Of a DNA stretch of 41,168 bases, positions 9,585 through 19,087 are shown piece by piece. Numbering within the stretch: position 1 is the stretch's first letter; each line of letters opens with the position of its first letter. Source of the stretch: an uncultured bacterium (GTDB lineage Bacteria; Patescibacteriota; Minisyncoccia; UBA6257; GWB1-50-10). The notes below the pieces were generated by a model, which saw only the letters and a list, made by a program, of their open reading frames with translations, ran no database searches and had not been told where the DNA came from. The stretch is from NCBI GenBank assembly GCA_903827975.1, contig CAIKKG010000024.1:66523-107690 (forward strand), written 5' to 3'. Position numbers and translations under genes: made by a program.

Positions 9585-10592
9585 TTAAATAAGACTACTT
9601 TTCTTTTTTAATCCAAGGTGCTCATATGCAAGGTCTGTTGTTGTTCGTCCGGCCGGGGTTCTATTTAACAATCCTAATTTCATAAGAAATGGCTCATATA
9701 CATCCTCGATTGTTCCAGGGTCTTCGTTTAATGCCGCGCCAAGAGCTTTTAATCCTGCTGGGCCACCACCAAATTTTTCAATAATTGCGATTAGTAATTG
9801 CCTGTCTGTTCTATCAAGTCCGAGCGAGTCAATTTCTAATAAATCTAAAGTTTTTCTAACAGCCTCCTCGTTTATTACATTATTTAAATATATCTGAGCG
9901 TAGTCGCGTGCGCGTTTTAACAAGCGGTTTGCTGAGCGAGGTGTAAAACGCGATGCCTCAGATATTAGTTTTGTTGCCTCAGGAAGAATCGAGACGTTTA
10001 ATAATTTTGCCGAGCGAAGAATTATGCGCTCAAGATCTTCTGGTGTGTAGTAGTCCAATCTAAATGTCGCGCCAAAACGTGAACGAAGCGGAGCCGATAG
10101 GAGATTAGCTTTTGTTGTTGCCGCTATTATTGTGAAAGGGGGTAGATCTAGAGAGAAGGTTCTTGCTGATGGGCCCTTCCCAACAATAAGGTGAAGTTTT
10201 CTACTTTCCATTGCAGGATAAAGAATTTCCTCAACCATTGTGTTTACTCTATGAGCCTCATCAATGAAAAGGATTTCATTTGGTTCAAGGTTTGTAAGTA
10301 GTGCGGCTATGTCACCAGTTTTTTCTAGCGCGGGACCGGATGTAGATTTTATATTCGCACCCATCTCTTTTCCAACAAGATAAGCGAGTGTTGTTTTGCC
10401 AAGACCAGGTTGGCCGTAAAACAAAAGGTGGTCGCATGTTTCTCCACGTCCTTTTGCTGCGTCAACAATAAGGCGAAGATTGTTTTTTACATTCTCCTGA
10501 CCAACATAGTCTTCCCATCTAGATGGGCGAAGAGATAGATCAAAATTTACTTCTTCAACCACATCATTTTTTTTCACATCTTTGTTGCTCAT
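9585..10592 (-). CDS. ruvB: Holliday junction branch migration ATPase RuvB
   Basis: LRPSRWEDYVGQ, GQPGLGKTTLA, FIDEAHR and EDVYEPFL motifs. Confidence 0.97.
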   Translation of the reverse strand: MSNKDVKKNDVVEEVNFDLSLRPSRWEDYVGQENVKNNLRLIVDAAKGRGETCDHLLFYGQPGLGKTTLAYLVGKEMGANIKSTSGPALEKTGDIAALLTNLEPNEILFIDEAHRVNTMVEEILYPAMESRKLHLIVGKGPSARTFSLDLPPFTIIAATTKANLLSAPLRSRFGATFRLDYYTPEDLERIILRSAKLLNVSILPEATKLISEASRFTPRSANRLLKRARDYAQIYLNNVINEEAVRKTLDLLEIDSLGLDRTDRQLLIAIIEKFGGGPAGLKALGAALNEDPGTIEDVYEPFLMKLGLLNRTPAGRTTTDLAYEHLGLKKKSSLI

Positions 10593-10724
10593 AGTCTTTT
10601 GTACAATTTAAGTTTGTGCCATTTCATCTGTTTCTGCAAACAGCCAACACTAAACCAATAACAAAAACCGCCATTTTCAGGAAAATTAATAAAAAACCGC
10701 CTAAAATAGGCGGGGAAGCGAGGG

Positions 10725-10753
10725 TTGACAAAAAAGTTGTTCTGTGACAGAAT
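10725..10753 (+). promoter_or_regulatory. Putative promoter of the ncRNA
   Basis: TTGACA, 17-nt spacer, then (TGa)CAGAAT, about 7 nt before the RNA 5' stem. Confidence 0.55.
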
Positions 10754-10760
10754 AACCACC

Positions 10761-10935
10761 AGAGATCCTGAATTGGATTCTGTGGGCATTCGGATTATTT
10801 CTTAGACCTTAGGATTGTTTGGCTTCGGCTGGATGACTCCTCGGAAACATCCGTTCCTCTCTTAAACTACATTTAAGAAAGGTTTTTCAAATGCCTTATG
10901 GGCGCCCTGCCCACAGAATTTAGTTCGGGATTTTT
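10761..10935 (+). ncRNA. Rod-shaped structured ncRNA, candidate 6S RNA
   Basis: 10765-10788 pairs with 10908-10931 over 24 bp, with four G-U pairs that work only on the + strand; inner helix UUUCUUAGA/UUUAAGAAA; UUCG-capped hairpin; trailing U-tract; ~175 nt. Confidence 0.6.
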
Positions 10936-10937
10936 TA

Positions 10938-12629
10938 TTACCCCGAAAGTAAGGCACCTGACAGCCACTCAACAACACCTGTTGTCCTTTCTACTTCTGC
11001 AATACTAGTAACCCCAGATATAACTTTCAAAATACCATCTTCTTGCATTGTAACCATTCCTTGCGCTCTTGCCAATGTGAATAACTCTGTTTCGGACGGT
11101 GTGTGATAAATTGAGTCACGTATCTCACTGGTAATCTGGAAAAGTTCAAAAATTGATATACGCCCACGGTAACCAATATTGCCGCACTCAGTACACCCCT
11201 TTTTTTCGTAGATGGTAAAATCAGCATAATGGGTTTTGTCTACGCGTGTAGGTAGTTCAGATATAAACTTTTTAATCCTTTCATTTAGTTCCGTTGGTAT
11301 TTCTTTTTTAACCTTACATTTCGGGCAGAGTACGCGCGCTAGACGTTGAGCAATAACAAGATTGAGAGATGGCGCTAATATGTTTGGTTTTGCACCTAAA
11401 TCAATAAAACGCGGAATCGCACCAAGAGCGTCGTTTGTGTGGAGTGTTGAGAAAACAAGGTGGCCGGTGAGTGCGGCATTCACAGCAATCTCAGCAGTCT
11501 CTTTGTCACGAATTTCACCAATAAGAATAACGTTTGGATCTTGTCGAAGAATTGAACGAAGTCCGCTAGCGAAGGTGTAATTTACATCAGCATTAACTTG
11601 TGTTTGAGAAATCCCTTCAAGGTGATACTCAATAGGATCTTCAACTGTGATGATTTTAATTTCCGGAGAATAAACATTTTTTAAGAAGGCATAGAGAGTT
11701 GTTGTTTTTCCAGAGCCGGTTGGGCCAGTAGTAAGAATTAAACCGTTCGGTTTTACAATTTCTTTTTTTACAATATCAAGATCGTCAGAACGCCAACCAA
11801 GATCTACAAGGTTTACCTTGAGAGCTAGTGGATCCAAGATACGCATAACAACTGTTTCTCCAAACTCGGATGGGATGATGGATGTACGAATCTCGATATC
11901 TCTATTTGCTAGACCAACTGTGAAGCGACCATCCTGCGGCTCATCCATCACATTAAGTTTTAAATTAGAAAGAAGTTTTATGCGCATCACAATAGAGCGA
12001 TATGTGTGCATATTAAATTTTGCATATACTGAGTGTAGTATTCCGTCTATGCGGAAGCGCAATAAACCAAACTCTTGATTTGGTTCCATGTGTATATCAG
12101 ATGATTTTAGAGCCATGGAGCCACCAAGAATAATTTCCAAAAGTTTTGAAACAAGCGGACTTTTGAAGTCAGTAAATTCCTGATCCAACATCTCTATGGT
12201 TTTTATCTTTTCAAAAAGCTCCGCTAAACGCTCCTTATCTATGTTTACCTGACCGCTTATTTCCTTCGCTTCGTCTTGTACATACCGATAGTAACTCCAA
12301 GCATGTTCAAGACTAACTACTGACACAACAAAAATCTGAACCTCGTATTTCTTTTTTAACTCATCAATAACAGCAATGGCTGAAGGCATACTCGGGTCAA
12401 AAGCACCAATAAAAAGCTTTTTTCGTAGAAGTTGGAATGGTACGAGTTTGGCTTCTCTAGCAACCTCGGCTTTCACTAGTGCCATAGCCCTAATTTCTGT
12501 GGGAATTTTAACGGAGACTAGATTGAGGTATGGGATATTTAGTGCTAAGGCGCGACGTTTTGCGTCACTTTCCTCTCCCAATATTTTTGCTTTTTTTAAG
12601 CGCTCATCTAAATCACTTTTACTTAACAT
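10938..12629 (-). CDS. pilB: Type IV pilus assembly / T2SS ATPase (PilB/GspE family)
   Basis: SDIHMEP, PQDGRF, GPTGSGKTTTLY, LRQDPNVILIGEIRD, TGHLVFSTLHTN and CxxC...CxxC zinc motif. Confidence 0.9.
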   Translation of the reverse strand: MLSKSDLDERLKKAKILGEESDAKRRALALNIPYLNLVSVKIPTEIRAMALVKAEVAREAKLVPFQLLRKKLFIGAFDPSMPSAIAVIDELKKKYEVQIFVVSVVSLEHAWSYYRYVQDEAKEISGQVNIDKERLAELFEKIKTIEMLDQEFTDFKSPLVSKLLEIILGGSMALKSSDIHMEPNQEFGLLRFRIDGILHSVYAKFNMHTYRSIVMRIKLLSNLKLNVMDEPQDGRFTVGLANRDIEIRTSIIPSEFGETVVMRILDPLALKVNLVDLGWRSDDLDIVKKEIVKPNGLILTTGPTGSGKTTTLYAFLKNVYSPEIKIITVEDPIEYHLEGISQTQVNADVNYTFASGLRSILRQDPNVILIGEIRDKETAEIAVNAALTGHLVFSTLHTNDALGAIPRFIDLGAKPNILAPSLNLVIAQRLARVLCPKCKVKKEIPTELNERIKKFISELPTRVDKTHYADFTIYEKKGCTECGNIGYRGRISIFELFQITSEIRDSIYHTPSETELFTLARAQGMVTMQEDGILKVISGVTSIAEVERTTGVVEWLSGALLSG

Positions 12630-12781
12630 TACTTATAAGTTTACCCTTTTAAGCGTTTATTGAGTAGTGGAAAAACAACCATTGACTAAATCCAAACTAA
12701 ATATCATTCTATACCATAGAACTTTCACTTATAGCACTGGCTTAACTAGTGCATATCGGCCACGGGCCAGAAGGAGATTTT

Positions 12782-13336
12782 ATGAACATTAGAGCGTTAG
12801 CTCTTTTATTTGTAGCACCATTTTTTTTGGGGTGTATTCAGATGCGGGTATACAAGCCTGTTCCTGAAAATATTCCACCTGTTACACGTGTAATAACCTC
12901 AAATCAGACGGTTGTGAGTGTTTCGCTTCCGAACCAAAACCAGGATAAGCAGGTTGTTAAACCAACCGAGGTTAAGCCAACCAGCTCTGGTGTTACTACT
13001 GTAAAAAAAGAAGCGCCCATCCCAGCACCTGTAAAAGCACTACCCACAACTCCTCAAGAGGTTCGTGGTGTTGTTGTCTCTTGTCCAAACACACTCTCTC
13101 GTCTCGTTATTGAGAAGAAAGAGCTTGGGTCTGTCAGGCAGATAGAGTACCTGAACCCAGGGGAGGAGAAGAGGTTTTTACTTTCTTCGAGAAACACAAA
13201 AGACGGAATGGTTCTTATTGCTGCTGGATACACAAAGGAGAGTTGCGGAGATGTTCTTTTGGGGGTTATTTCCAAAAACTTTAATCCACGAGGTATAGAG
13301 CGATGGGCACCACAAAAAGCCGATTTTCATAAGTAA
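12782..13336 (+). CDS. Putative lipoprotein with Pro/Thr/Lys-rich linker
   Basis: SD AAGGAG; signal peptide ending FFLGC (lipobox-like); low-complexity linker; beta-rich C-terminal domain. Confidence 0.75.
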   Translation: MNIRALALLFVAPFFLGCIQMRVYKPVPENIPPVTRVITSNQTVVSVSLPNQNQDKQVVKPTEVKPTSSGVTTVKKEAPIPAPVKALPTTPQEVRGVVVSCPNTLSRLVIEKKELGSVRQIEYLNPGEEKRFLLSSRNTKDGMVLIAAGYTKESCGDVLLGVISKNFNPRGIERWAPQKADFHK

Positions 13337-13345
13337 TATATAAGT

Positions 13346-13372
13346 AATGCCCCGCAAACACGGGGCATTTTA
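13346..13372 (+). terminator. Intrinsic terminator
   Basis: AATGCCCCG-caaaca-CGGGGCATT stem-loop followed by Ts. Confidence 0.8.
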
Positions 13373-13386
13373 TTACATAATACTAC

Positions 13387-13415
13387 TTGACTTATTCTTA
13401 AAATAATGCTATTTT
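13387..13415 (+). promoter_or_regulatory. Sigma70-type promoter
   Basis: TTGACT, 17-nt spacer, (TGc)TATTTT. Confidence 0.6.
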
Positions 13416-13475
13416 ATAGACAGTTAGTTTTACAACCCAACCAAATTTTCGGCGCCAATGCGCCAAGGAGATTTT

Positions 13476-13835
13476 ATGTTTAAGACTGCCATTGTTGCAA
13501 TTTTTTCAATAATTTGCACAGGGTGCTTGGTCCCCGTGGCCATGCCTGGCATGTCCATAAGGACGACTGGATTCGCCACAAGCAATGTGCTCGTGGTGGT
13601 CTGCCCTCCCCAATGTATGATGCGCGTTGAGCGTATCACTCCCTGGGGGCGCGAGAGTTTCAGCGTACAGGAGGGGGGGTCTGTCGCCATCCCTGGCGCC
13701 GGCATCTTCGGCGATGCGCCGTTTGTTGTGGTGGCCTACGGCTACCGAAACAACCGCCTCGTCGGGACTCAGACCCTGGAGGTCCGTTTCTACGGAAACG
13801 ACCCCCAGACCAGGGTATGGTCACCATCCTTCTAA
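13476..13835 (+). CDS. Putative lipoprotein, distant paralog of 12782-13336
   Basis: SD AAGGAG; signal peptide ending ICTGC; GC-rich coding region. Confidence 0.75.
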   Translation: MFKTAIVAIFSIICTGCLVPVAMPGMSIRTTGFATSNVLVVVCPPQCMMRVERITPWGRESFSVQEGGSVAIPGAGIFGDAPFVVVAYGYRNNRLVGTQTLEVRFYGNDPQTRVWSPSF

Positions 13836-13853
13836 AGGATGGTACAAATCAAA

Positions 13854-13892
13854 CCCCGTTTAGCTGAAATATGCTAAACGGGGACTTTTTTT
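13854..13892 (+). terminator. Intrinsic terminator
   Basis: CCCCGTTTAGC...GCTAAACGGGG stem followed by a T-tract. Confidence 0.85.
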
Positions 13893-13926
13893 ACTCTCTA
13901 TTATATATATGTATATAATAGAGAGA

Positions 13927-14733
13927 ATGATTGTGTATCTCTACGGGAAGGACTCATATCGCAGGACAAAAAAACTAAACGAGATTATTCGGTTAAATAA
14001 AGAAAAGCAACCAAATGCGGACATATTTTTTATTGATTTGTCTGAAGACCAGAGTGCCTGGCAAAAAGCAAAAGAATTTTTAGAACAACCCTCGATGTTT
14101 TCGGATTCAAAAACACTAGTAGTTTGCGAGAGTGGTGAGGTAGAGGAAAAGGAGTGGATTAAGATATTAAAAAAACAAGTTACAACATCAAAAGTATTTG
14201 TAATTATTTCGGACTCATGTGCAAAACCTAAAAAAGCATTTTCTTTTCTTATTAGTGAACCAGTAAAAATTCAGGAGTTTCCAGAATTAGAAGGTAAGAC
14301 ACTCGAGTCGTTTTTAAAAAAAGAAGCAGAGAAAAAAGGACTTATTTTCGACAAAGATTCATGGTATTATTTTTTGCAATTCCTTGATTCAAAAAAAGAA
14401 AAAGCTTGGGTTGGTATTCGTGAGCTGGAGAAGATGGAGTGTGCCGGATTCGGAAGCCCGATTTCTAAAAAAGAAATAACTAAGATTATTCATTTCGATG
14501 AGGAGACTAACATTTTTAATGCGTCACGCGAGTTAATGTGTTCTGGGCAGGTATATAAAAAAATGGCCCTACTTGAGGCACTTCTTATACAAAAAGAAGA
14601 CGCCCCGCACTTGTTTAACCTTCTGGCATATAACGCAAGCGGTGCACAAGCGGTTCGCTTGGCGGATCTAGATATAGCGATAAAAAGCGGAAACTCAGAC
14701 TACGAGGAGGCACTCCTAGATTTTATTCTATAA
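13927..14733 (+). CDS. holA: DNA polymerase III delta subunit (HolA-like, shortened)
   Basis: MIVYLYGKDSY N-terminus, PSMFSDSKTLVV, RELEK and C-terminal DIAIKSG are typical of HolA; adjacent to rpsT as is common. Confidence 0.8.
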   Translation: MIVYLYGKDSYRRTKKLNEIIRLNKEKQPNADIFFIDLSEDQSAWQKAKEFLEQPSMFSDSKTLVVCESGEVEEKEWIKILKKQVTTSKVFVIISDSCAKPKKAFSFLISEPVKIQEFPELEGKTLESFLKKEAEKKGLIFDKDSWYYFLQFLDSKKEKAWVGIRELEKMECAGFGSPISKKEITKIIHFDEETNIFNASRELMCSGQVYKKMALLEALLIQKEDAPHLFNLLAYNASGAQAVRLADLDIAIKSGNSDYEEALLDFIL

Positions 14734-14745
14734 ATGCACACAAAC

Positions 14746-14772
14746 AAAAACCCGCCTGATAGGCGGGATTTT
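14746..14772. terminator. Bidirectional terminator
   Basis: CCCGCCT-gat-AGGCGGG flanked by A/T tracts between holA and rpsT. Confidence 0.8.
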
Positions 14773-14773
14773 G

Positions 14774-15037
14774 TTACGCAACAACCTTAAGTTTCTTTGC
14801 TAAGCGCGATTTCATTCTGTTCGCCTTACCCTTTTTTATGAAGTTAACCTTGGCCATTTTATCAATGGTTTTGTAGGTTTCTTTTAAAAATGCTTGTGCG
14901 TCTGCTTTTGTCTCCGCAACGACAAGTTTTTTAAACTTTTTTACAGTATCCTTGAGTTTTTTCTCGCGGATAAGGTTTTGTTCGCGTCTTCGTACTGTCT
15001 GACGCAATGCTTTTTTTGCTGACTTCGTTCGTGGCAT
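14774..15037 (-). CDS. rpsT: 30S ribosomal protein S20
   Basis: MPRTKSAKKALRQ...IDKMAK...KANRMKSRL. Confidence 0.96.
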   Translation of the reverse strand: MPRTKSAKKALRQTVRRREQNLIREKKLKDTVKKFKKLVVAETKADAQAFLKETYKTIDKMAKVNFIKKGKANRMKSRLAKKLKVVA

Positions 15038-15166
15038 AGTGCATCTATTTAACCGCACCACGCATAAAAAGTCAATCCTGAGTGGTCTTCAAGCAACAAT
15101 AAACATACTAAAACAAGTAAGGAGGGGCTCGCTTCTAACAAGGCGGATTTCTGTTATTATTAACGC

Positions 15167-15745
15167 ATGCTACACACAATTAGTGGTAGGATTGTTTCTA
15201 AAAATACGGATTCTATTATCATTGAGGTTGGTGGACTGGGTTTATTTGCATACACAAATACACAAACATTATCATCTTTACCAGATGAGGGTGGTGAGGC
15301 GAAGATTTTTTGTCACCTTTTCGTGAGAGAGGAGAAGTTCGAACTTTATGGCTTCCACAATGAAGAGGAGTTAAGATTTTTTGAAATACTGAACTCTGTT
15401 GCGGGAGTAGGTCCAAAAACCGCTCTTGGTGTTTTAAACATGGACCGCGTTCCAAATATTATGGCGGCAATTTTAGAAAAAAGGGTTGATGTTCTAACGC
15501 GAGCATCTGGAATAGGTAAAAAGACTGCCGAACGAATTATTTTAGAATTACAGAGTAAGATAAAACTCCCAACAAACCACGCATCTTCAAAAGAGATGGA
15601 TCTGAATAATGATGTTGAAGATATTCTTGTTGGTCTCGGATATACACGAGGTGATGTTCGGGCAGTATTACAGACTATTGTAGAGAAAGAGACAATTGAG
15701 GAGCGCCTCCGCCACGCGCTAAGAGAATTAGGATCAACCAAATAA
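15167..15745 (+). CDS. ruvA: Holliday junction DNA-binding protein RuvA
   Basis: VREE..LYGF, HhH motifs VAGVGPKTAL and GIGKKTAERIILEL. Confidence 0.96.
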   Translation: MLHTISGRIVSKNTDSIIIEVGGLGLFAYTNTQTLSSLPDEGGEAKIFCHLFVREEKFELYGFHNEEELRFFEILNSVAGVGPKTALGVLNMDRVPNIMAAILEKRVDVLTRASGIGKKTAERIILELQSKIKLPTNHASSKEMDLNNDVEDILVGLGYTRGDVRAVLQTIVEKETIEERLRHALRELGSTK

Positions 15746-15765
15746 AAAGCTGAAAATTAGAATAA

Positions 15766-17031
15766 ATGAAATATATCTCATCTATATACCACTTAGCATT
15801 CGCATTTATAGGAAATATTATATATGGATTTCCTAGCCACAAAATTTATGTTGTTGGGGTTACTGGAACAAAGGGTAAATCCACGACAGTTGAAATAATG
15901 AGTTCAATATTTGAAGGGGCTGGAAAGAAGACATCAGTAATGTCTTCTGTCACAAGGAAAATTGGAGATAAGGTTGAGCGAAATATGACTGGCAACACTA
16001 TGCCTGGTCGTTTCGCAATACAGAAGTTTTTACGAGACGCTGTAAAAGCGGGGTGTGAGTATGCATTTATTGAGGTTACTTCTCAGGGTGTGATTCAACA
16101 TAGACATGAGTTTATTGATTGGGATTCAGCTGTTTTTTTGAATCTTGCGCCTGAGCACATTGAGTCGCACGGCTCATTTGAGAAGTATAGAGATGCAAAA
16201 GTTTCATTTTTTAAATATGTTGCTCGCTCACCAAAAAAGAAAAGAACATTTTTTGTAAACGAGAAAGACGAATCTTCTCCATATTTTGAGGATGCGGTAA
16301 GGCATAATTTTGCGAACACAATAATAAGGTTCAGTGGTGAGCGATTTTTAAGAGATGAGCTTGCTGAGCGACACGATTTAAGGGATGAAAAAAATAGAAG
16401 AATGTTTGGTGACTGGTTACTTGCAGAGTTTAATCTTGAAAATGCCGCGGCCGCATATGCACTTGCAACAGAGCGCGGGATATCTTGGGAGGTAATTGAG
16501 AAGGCCTTAATAAACTTTAAAGGGGTTCCAGGTAGGTTGGAGCTAGTTCAGAAGAAGCCATTTGTTGTTGTAATTGATTACGCACATACACCAGACTCCT
16601 TAAATAAGTTATACGTAACTTTAAAAAGAGATTATCTTGAGCCAGGTGGTAGGATGATTTGTGTCTTGGGTTCTGCTGGTGGTGGTAGAGACAAGTGGAA
16701 GCGACCTGAGATGGGTAAGATTGCGGCTGAATTTGCGTCATTTATTATTCTTACGAATGAAGACCCATATGAGGAGGAGCCCGAGGATATTATGAACGAT
16801 GTAAGGATTGGGGTTATAGAGAATCATTTTTCGCCAGCTAAATTATTTGAGATTGTTGATAGACGGGAAGCTATTCGTAAGGCCCTTTCACTAGCCGAGA
16901 GTAATGACGTGGTTGTAATGACCGGCAAGGGGAGTGAGACGTCTATTAATGGTAAAGGTGGTAGCAAGATTCCATGGGGTGAGAGGTCTGTGTGCGATGA
17001 ATTACTCTTTGAGCTTGGTGCTGGAAAATAA
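15766..17031 (+). CDS. murE: UDP-N-acetylmuramyl-tripeptide synthetase (MurE-like Mur ligase)
   Basis: GVTGTKGKST, EVTSQG, GVPGRLE, DYAHTPD, GGGRD and GKGSE motifs. Confidence 0.88.
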   Translation: MKYISSIYHLAFAFIGNIIYGFPSHKIYVVGVTGTKGKSTTVEIMSSIFEGAGKKTSVMSSVTRKIGDKVERNMTGNTMPGRFAIQKFLRDAVKAGCEYAFIEVTSQGVIQHRHEFIDWDSAVFLNLAPEHIESHGSFEKYRDAKVSFFKYVARSPKKKRTFFVNEKDESSPYFEDAVRHNFANTIIRFSGERFLRDELAERHDLRDEKNRRMFGDWLLAEFNLENAAAAYALATERGISWEVIEKALINFKGVPGRLELVQKKPFVVVIDYAHTPDSLNKLYVTLKRDYLEPGGRMICVLGSAGGGRDKWKRPEMGKIAAEFASFIILTNEDPYEEEPEDIMNDVRIGVIENHFSPAKLFEIVDRREAIRKALSLAESNDVVVMTGKGSETSINGKGGSKIPWGERSVCDELLFELGAGK

Positions 17032-17046
17032 CAAAAAAATAAAACC

Positions 17047-17068
17047 TGGGGCAAATGCCCCATTTTTT
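17047..17068 (+). terminator. Intrinsic terminator
   Basis: TGGGGCA-aa-TGCCCCA followed by T6. Confidence 0.8.
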
Positions 17069-17101
17069 ATTTTTAGGTAAAACAAAGTATAATACCAATA
17101 T

Positions 17102-18457
17102 ATGAAGCTTTCATTTTTTGGTGGCGCAAAAGAGGTTACTGGATCGAATTACCTTTTAGAATCAGAAGGGACAAAAATTCTTATAGATTGTGGTCTTTTT
17201 CAAGGCTCAAACTATTGTGATGATTGTAACCACGAACAATTTCAGTTTAATCCAAAGGAGATTGATGCTCTACTTATAACGCACGCACACATAGACCACA
17301 TCGGAAGAGTCCCCAAATTATTCAAAGATGGATTCAGAGGGAAGATATTTTCAACCGAACCATCAAAGGATTTTGCGGAGCCACTTCTTTTAGATGCAGA
17401 GCACATGATGCGCGAGGAGAGCGCAAGAAGAGGAACGGAGGTTATTTATAACATCGATGATATTGATGGAGTTTTAAAACTTTGGGATGGTGTTAAATAT
17501 CACGAGAAAATGAACATCGGTCCTTTTGAGATTGAGTTTTATGATGCCGGGCACGTTCTCGGCTCATCGTCTATTTTAATAAAAGCGGAAGGTAAAAAAA
17601 TCCTTTTTTCTGGAGATCTTGGGAATGTGCCATCACTCCTTATAAAAGACACAGAATATTTTTCCGATGTCGATTATGCACTCATCGAGTCTGCTTACGG
17701 AGACCGAATACATGAAGACGTAGAACGAAGAGCAGATATTTTGGAGGATGCAATCGAAGAAACGGTAAAACAAAATGGAGTTGTAATGATTCCGTCGTTT
17801 GCTCTTGAACGAACACAGGAAATGATTGTTGAGATAAGCGAGCTTATAAAATTAGGAAAAATTCCTGATGTCCCAGTTTTTATTGATAGCCCACTAGCTA
17901 TTAAACTAACCGCAATTTATCAGAAATACGGAAGGAATCCAGACTATTTTAACGATAAATTCCTGGCTCGCGCACATAGCGGACAAGCAACATTCGATCT
18001 TCCAGGAATAACAATGTCCCAAACCCCAGAGCAGTCAAAAGAAATAAATGGTATTCCGGCTCCAAAGGTTATTATCGCAGGCTCCGGAATGTCTCAGGGT
18101 GGGCGAATACTTTATCACGAGATGCGATACCTACCCGACCCAAGAAGTTTGATTCTTTTTGTCGGGTATCAATCAAAAGGCTCTCTTGGTCGCGCGATTT
18201 TAGATGGGGCGCGGAAAGTTCGTATAATGGGCGAGGACGTTGACGTGAATTGCCGCATAGGTTTAATAGGTGGGTATTCAGCACACGCGGATCAAAATCA
18301 ATTACTAAAATGGCTTGAGCCAATGAGAGAAAAAGTTAAGAAAGTTTTTGTTGTTCAAGGTGAGGAAGAGAGCGCTGAGGCTTTAGCACAAAAAGCCAGG
18401 GATTTGCTTGCAATTGATGCTGAGGTACCATCAGTTAATACAACAGTAGTGTTATAA
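17102..18457 (+). CDS. MBL-fold beta-CASP ribonuclease (YSH1/CPSF73-like family)
   Basis: THAHIDHIG, AGHVLGS, SGDLG, ESAYG, GSGMSQGGR and YSAHAD motifs. Confidence 0.92.
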   Translation: MKLSFFGGAKEVTGSNYLLESEGTKILIDCGLFQGSNYCDDCNHEQFQFNPKEIDALLITHAHIDHIGRVPKLFKDGFRGKIFSTEPSKDFAEPLLLDAEHMMREESARRGTEVIYNIDDIDGVLKLWDGVKYHEKMNIGPFEIEFYDAGHVLGSSSILIKAEGKKILFSGDLGNVPSLLIKDTEYFSDVDYALIESAYGDRIHEDVERRADILEDAIEETVKQNGVVMIPSFALERTQEMIVEISELIKLGKIPDVPVFIDSPLAIKLTAIYQKYGRNPDYFNDKFLARAHSGQATFDLPGITMSQTPEQSKEINGIPAPKVIIAGSGMSQGGRILYHEMRYLPDPRSLILFVGYQSKGSLGRAILDGARKVRIMGEDVDVNCRIGLIGGYSAHADQNQLLKWLEPMREKVKKVFVVQGEEESAEALAQKARDLLAIDAEVPSVNTTVVL

Positions 18458-18464
18458 TTTATTT

Positions 18465-19085
18465 ATGCTTAAAAAAGTTATTAATTCAGACAAAGAATTT
18501 GCGGCAAACATTCATAAATTAAAATATAAGATTTGTGTTTCGGGTGCTGCTGAGACTGGTCACTGCTCAAAGGACGCATTTGAGAAAGCCGAGGCAATTG
18601 GTAGAGAGGTTGCAGAGCGCGACCTTGTTTTGGTAACTGGAGCGACAACTGGAATTCCGTATTGGGCAGCCAAGGGGGCTAAAATGGCAGGTGGTCTGGT
18701 TATTGGTCTTTCTCCAGCCGCATCAAGAACAGCTCACATCAAGTCATATAAATTACCAACCGACTATCACGACTTAATAATCTATACTGGGTTTGATTAT
18801 TCAGGAAGAAACCTTCTTTTAACAAGGTCTTCAGATGCAATCATAACAATCTGTGGGCGCGTTGGAACTCTAAATGAATTTACAATAGGATTTGAGGATC
18901 ATAAACCAATGGGGGTCCTAGAGGGCACGGGTGGAACGGCTGATTATATACGTGAACTTCTTGAAAAGTCGCACAGAGGAAGCGGGAATGTTTCATTTTC
19001 AAGCGATCCAGCGGAGCTTATTGATAAAGTATTGGCAACAATTAAGGAGGAAGAAGAGAAGAATGGCAAAAGCAGAATTTTATAA
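18465..19085 (+). CDS. LOG/SLOG family nucleotide-binding protein (TIGR00725-like)
   Basis: TGATTG, GRNLLLTRSSDA, GRVGTLNEF and GTGG motifs. Confidence 0.85.
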   Translation: MLKKVINSDKEFAANIHKLKYKICVSGAAETGHCSKDAFEKAEAIGREVAERDLVLVTGATTGIPYWAAKGAKMAGGLVIGLSPAASRTAHIKSYKLPTDYHDLIIYTGFDYSGRNLLLTRSSDAIITICGRVGTLNEFTIGFEDHKPMGVLEGTGGTADYIRELLEKSHRGSGNVSFSSDPAELIDKVLATIKEEEEKNGKSRIL

Positions 19086-19087
19086 AA

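Noticed and set aside
10589-10789. 66-aa ORF upstream of ruvB
   Set aside because: It overlaps promoters and the ncRNA stem on the opposite strand and has no recognisable protein features.
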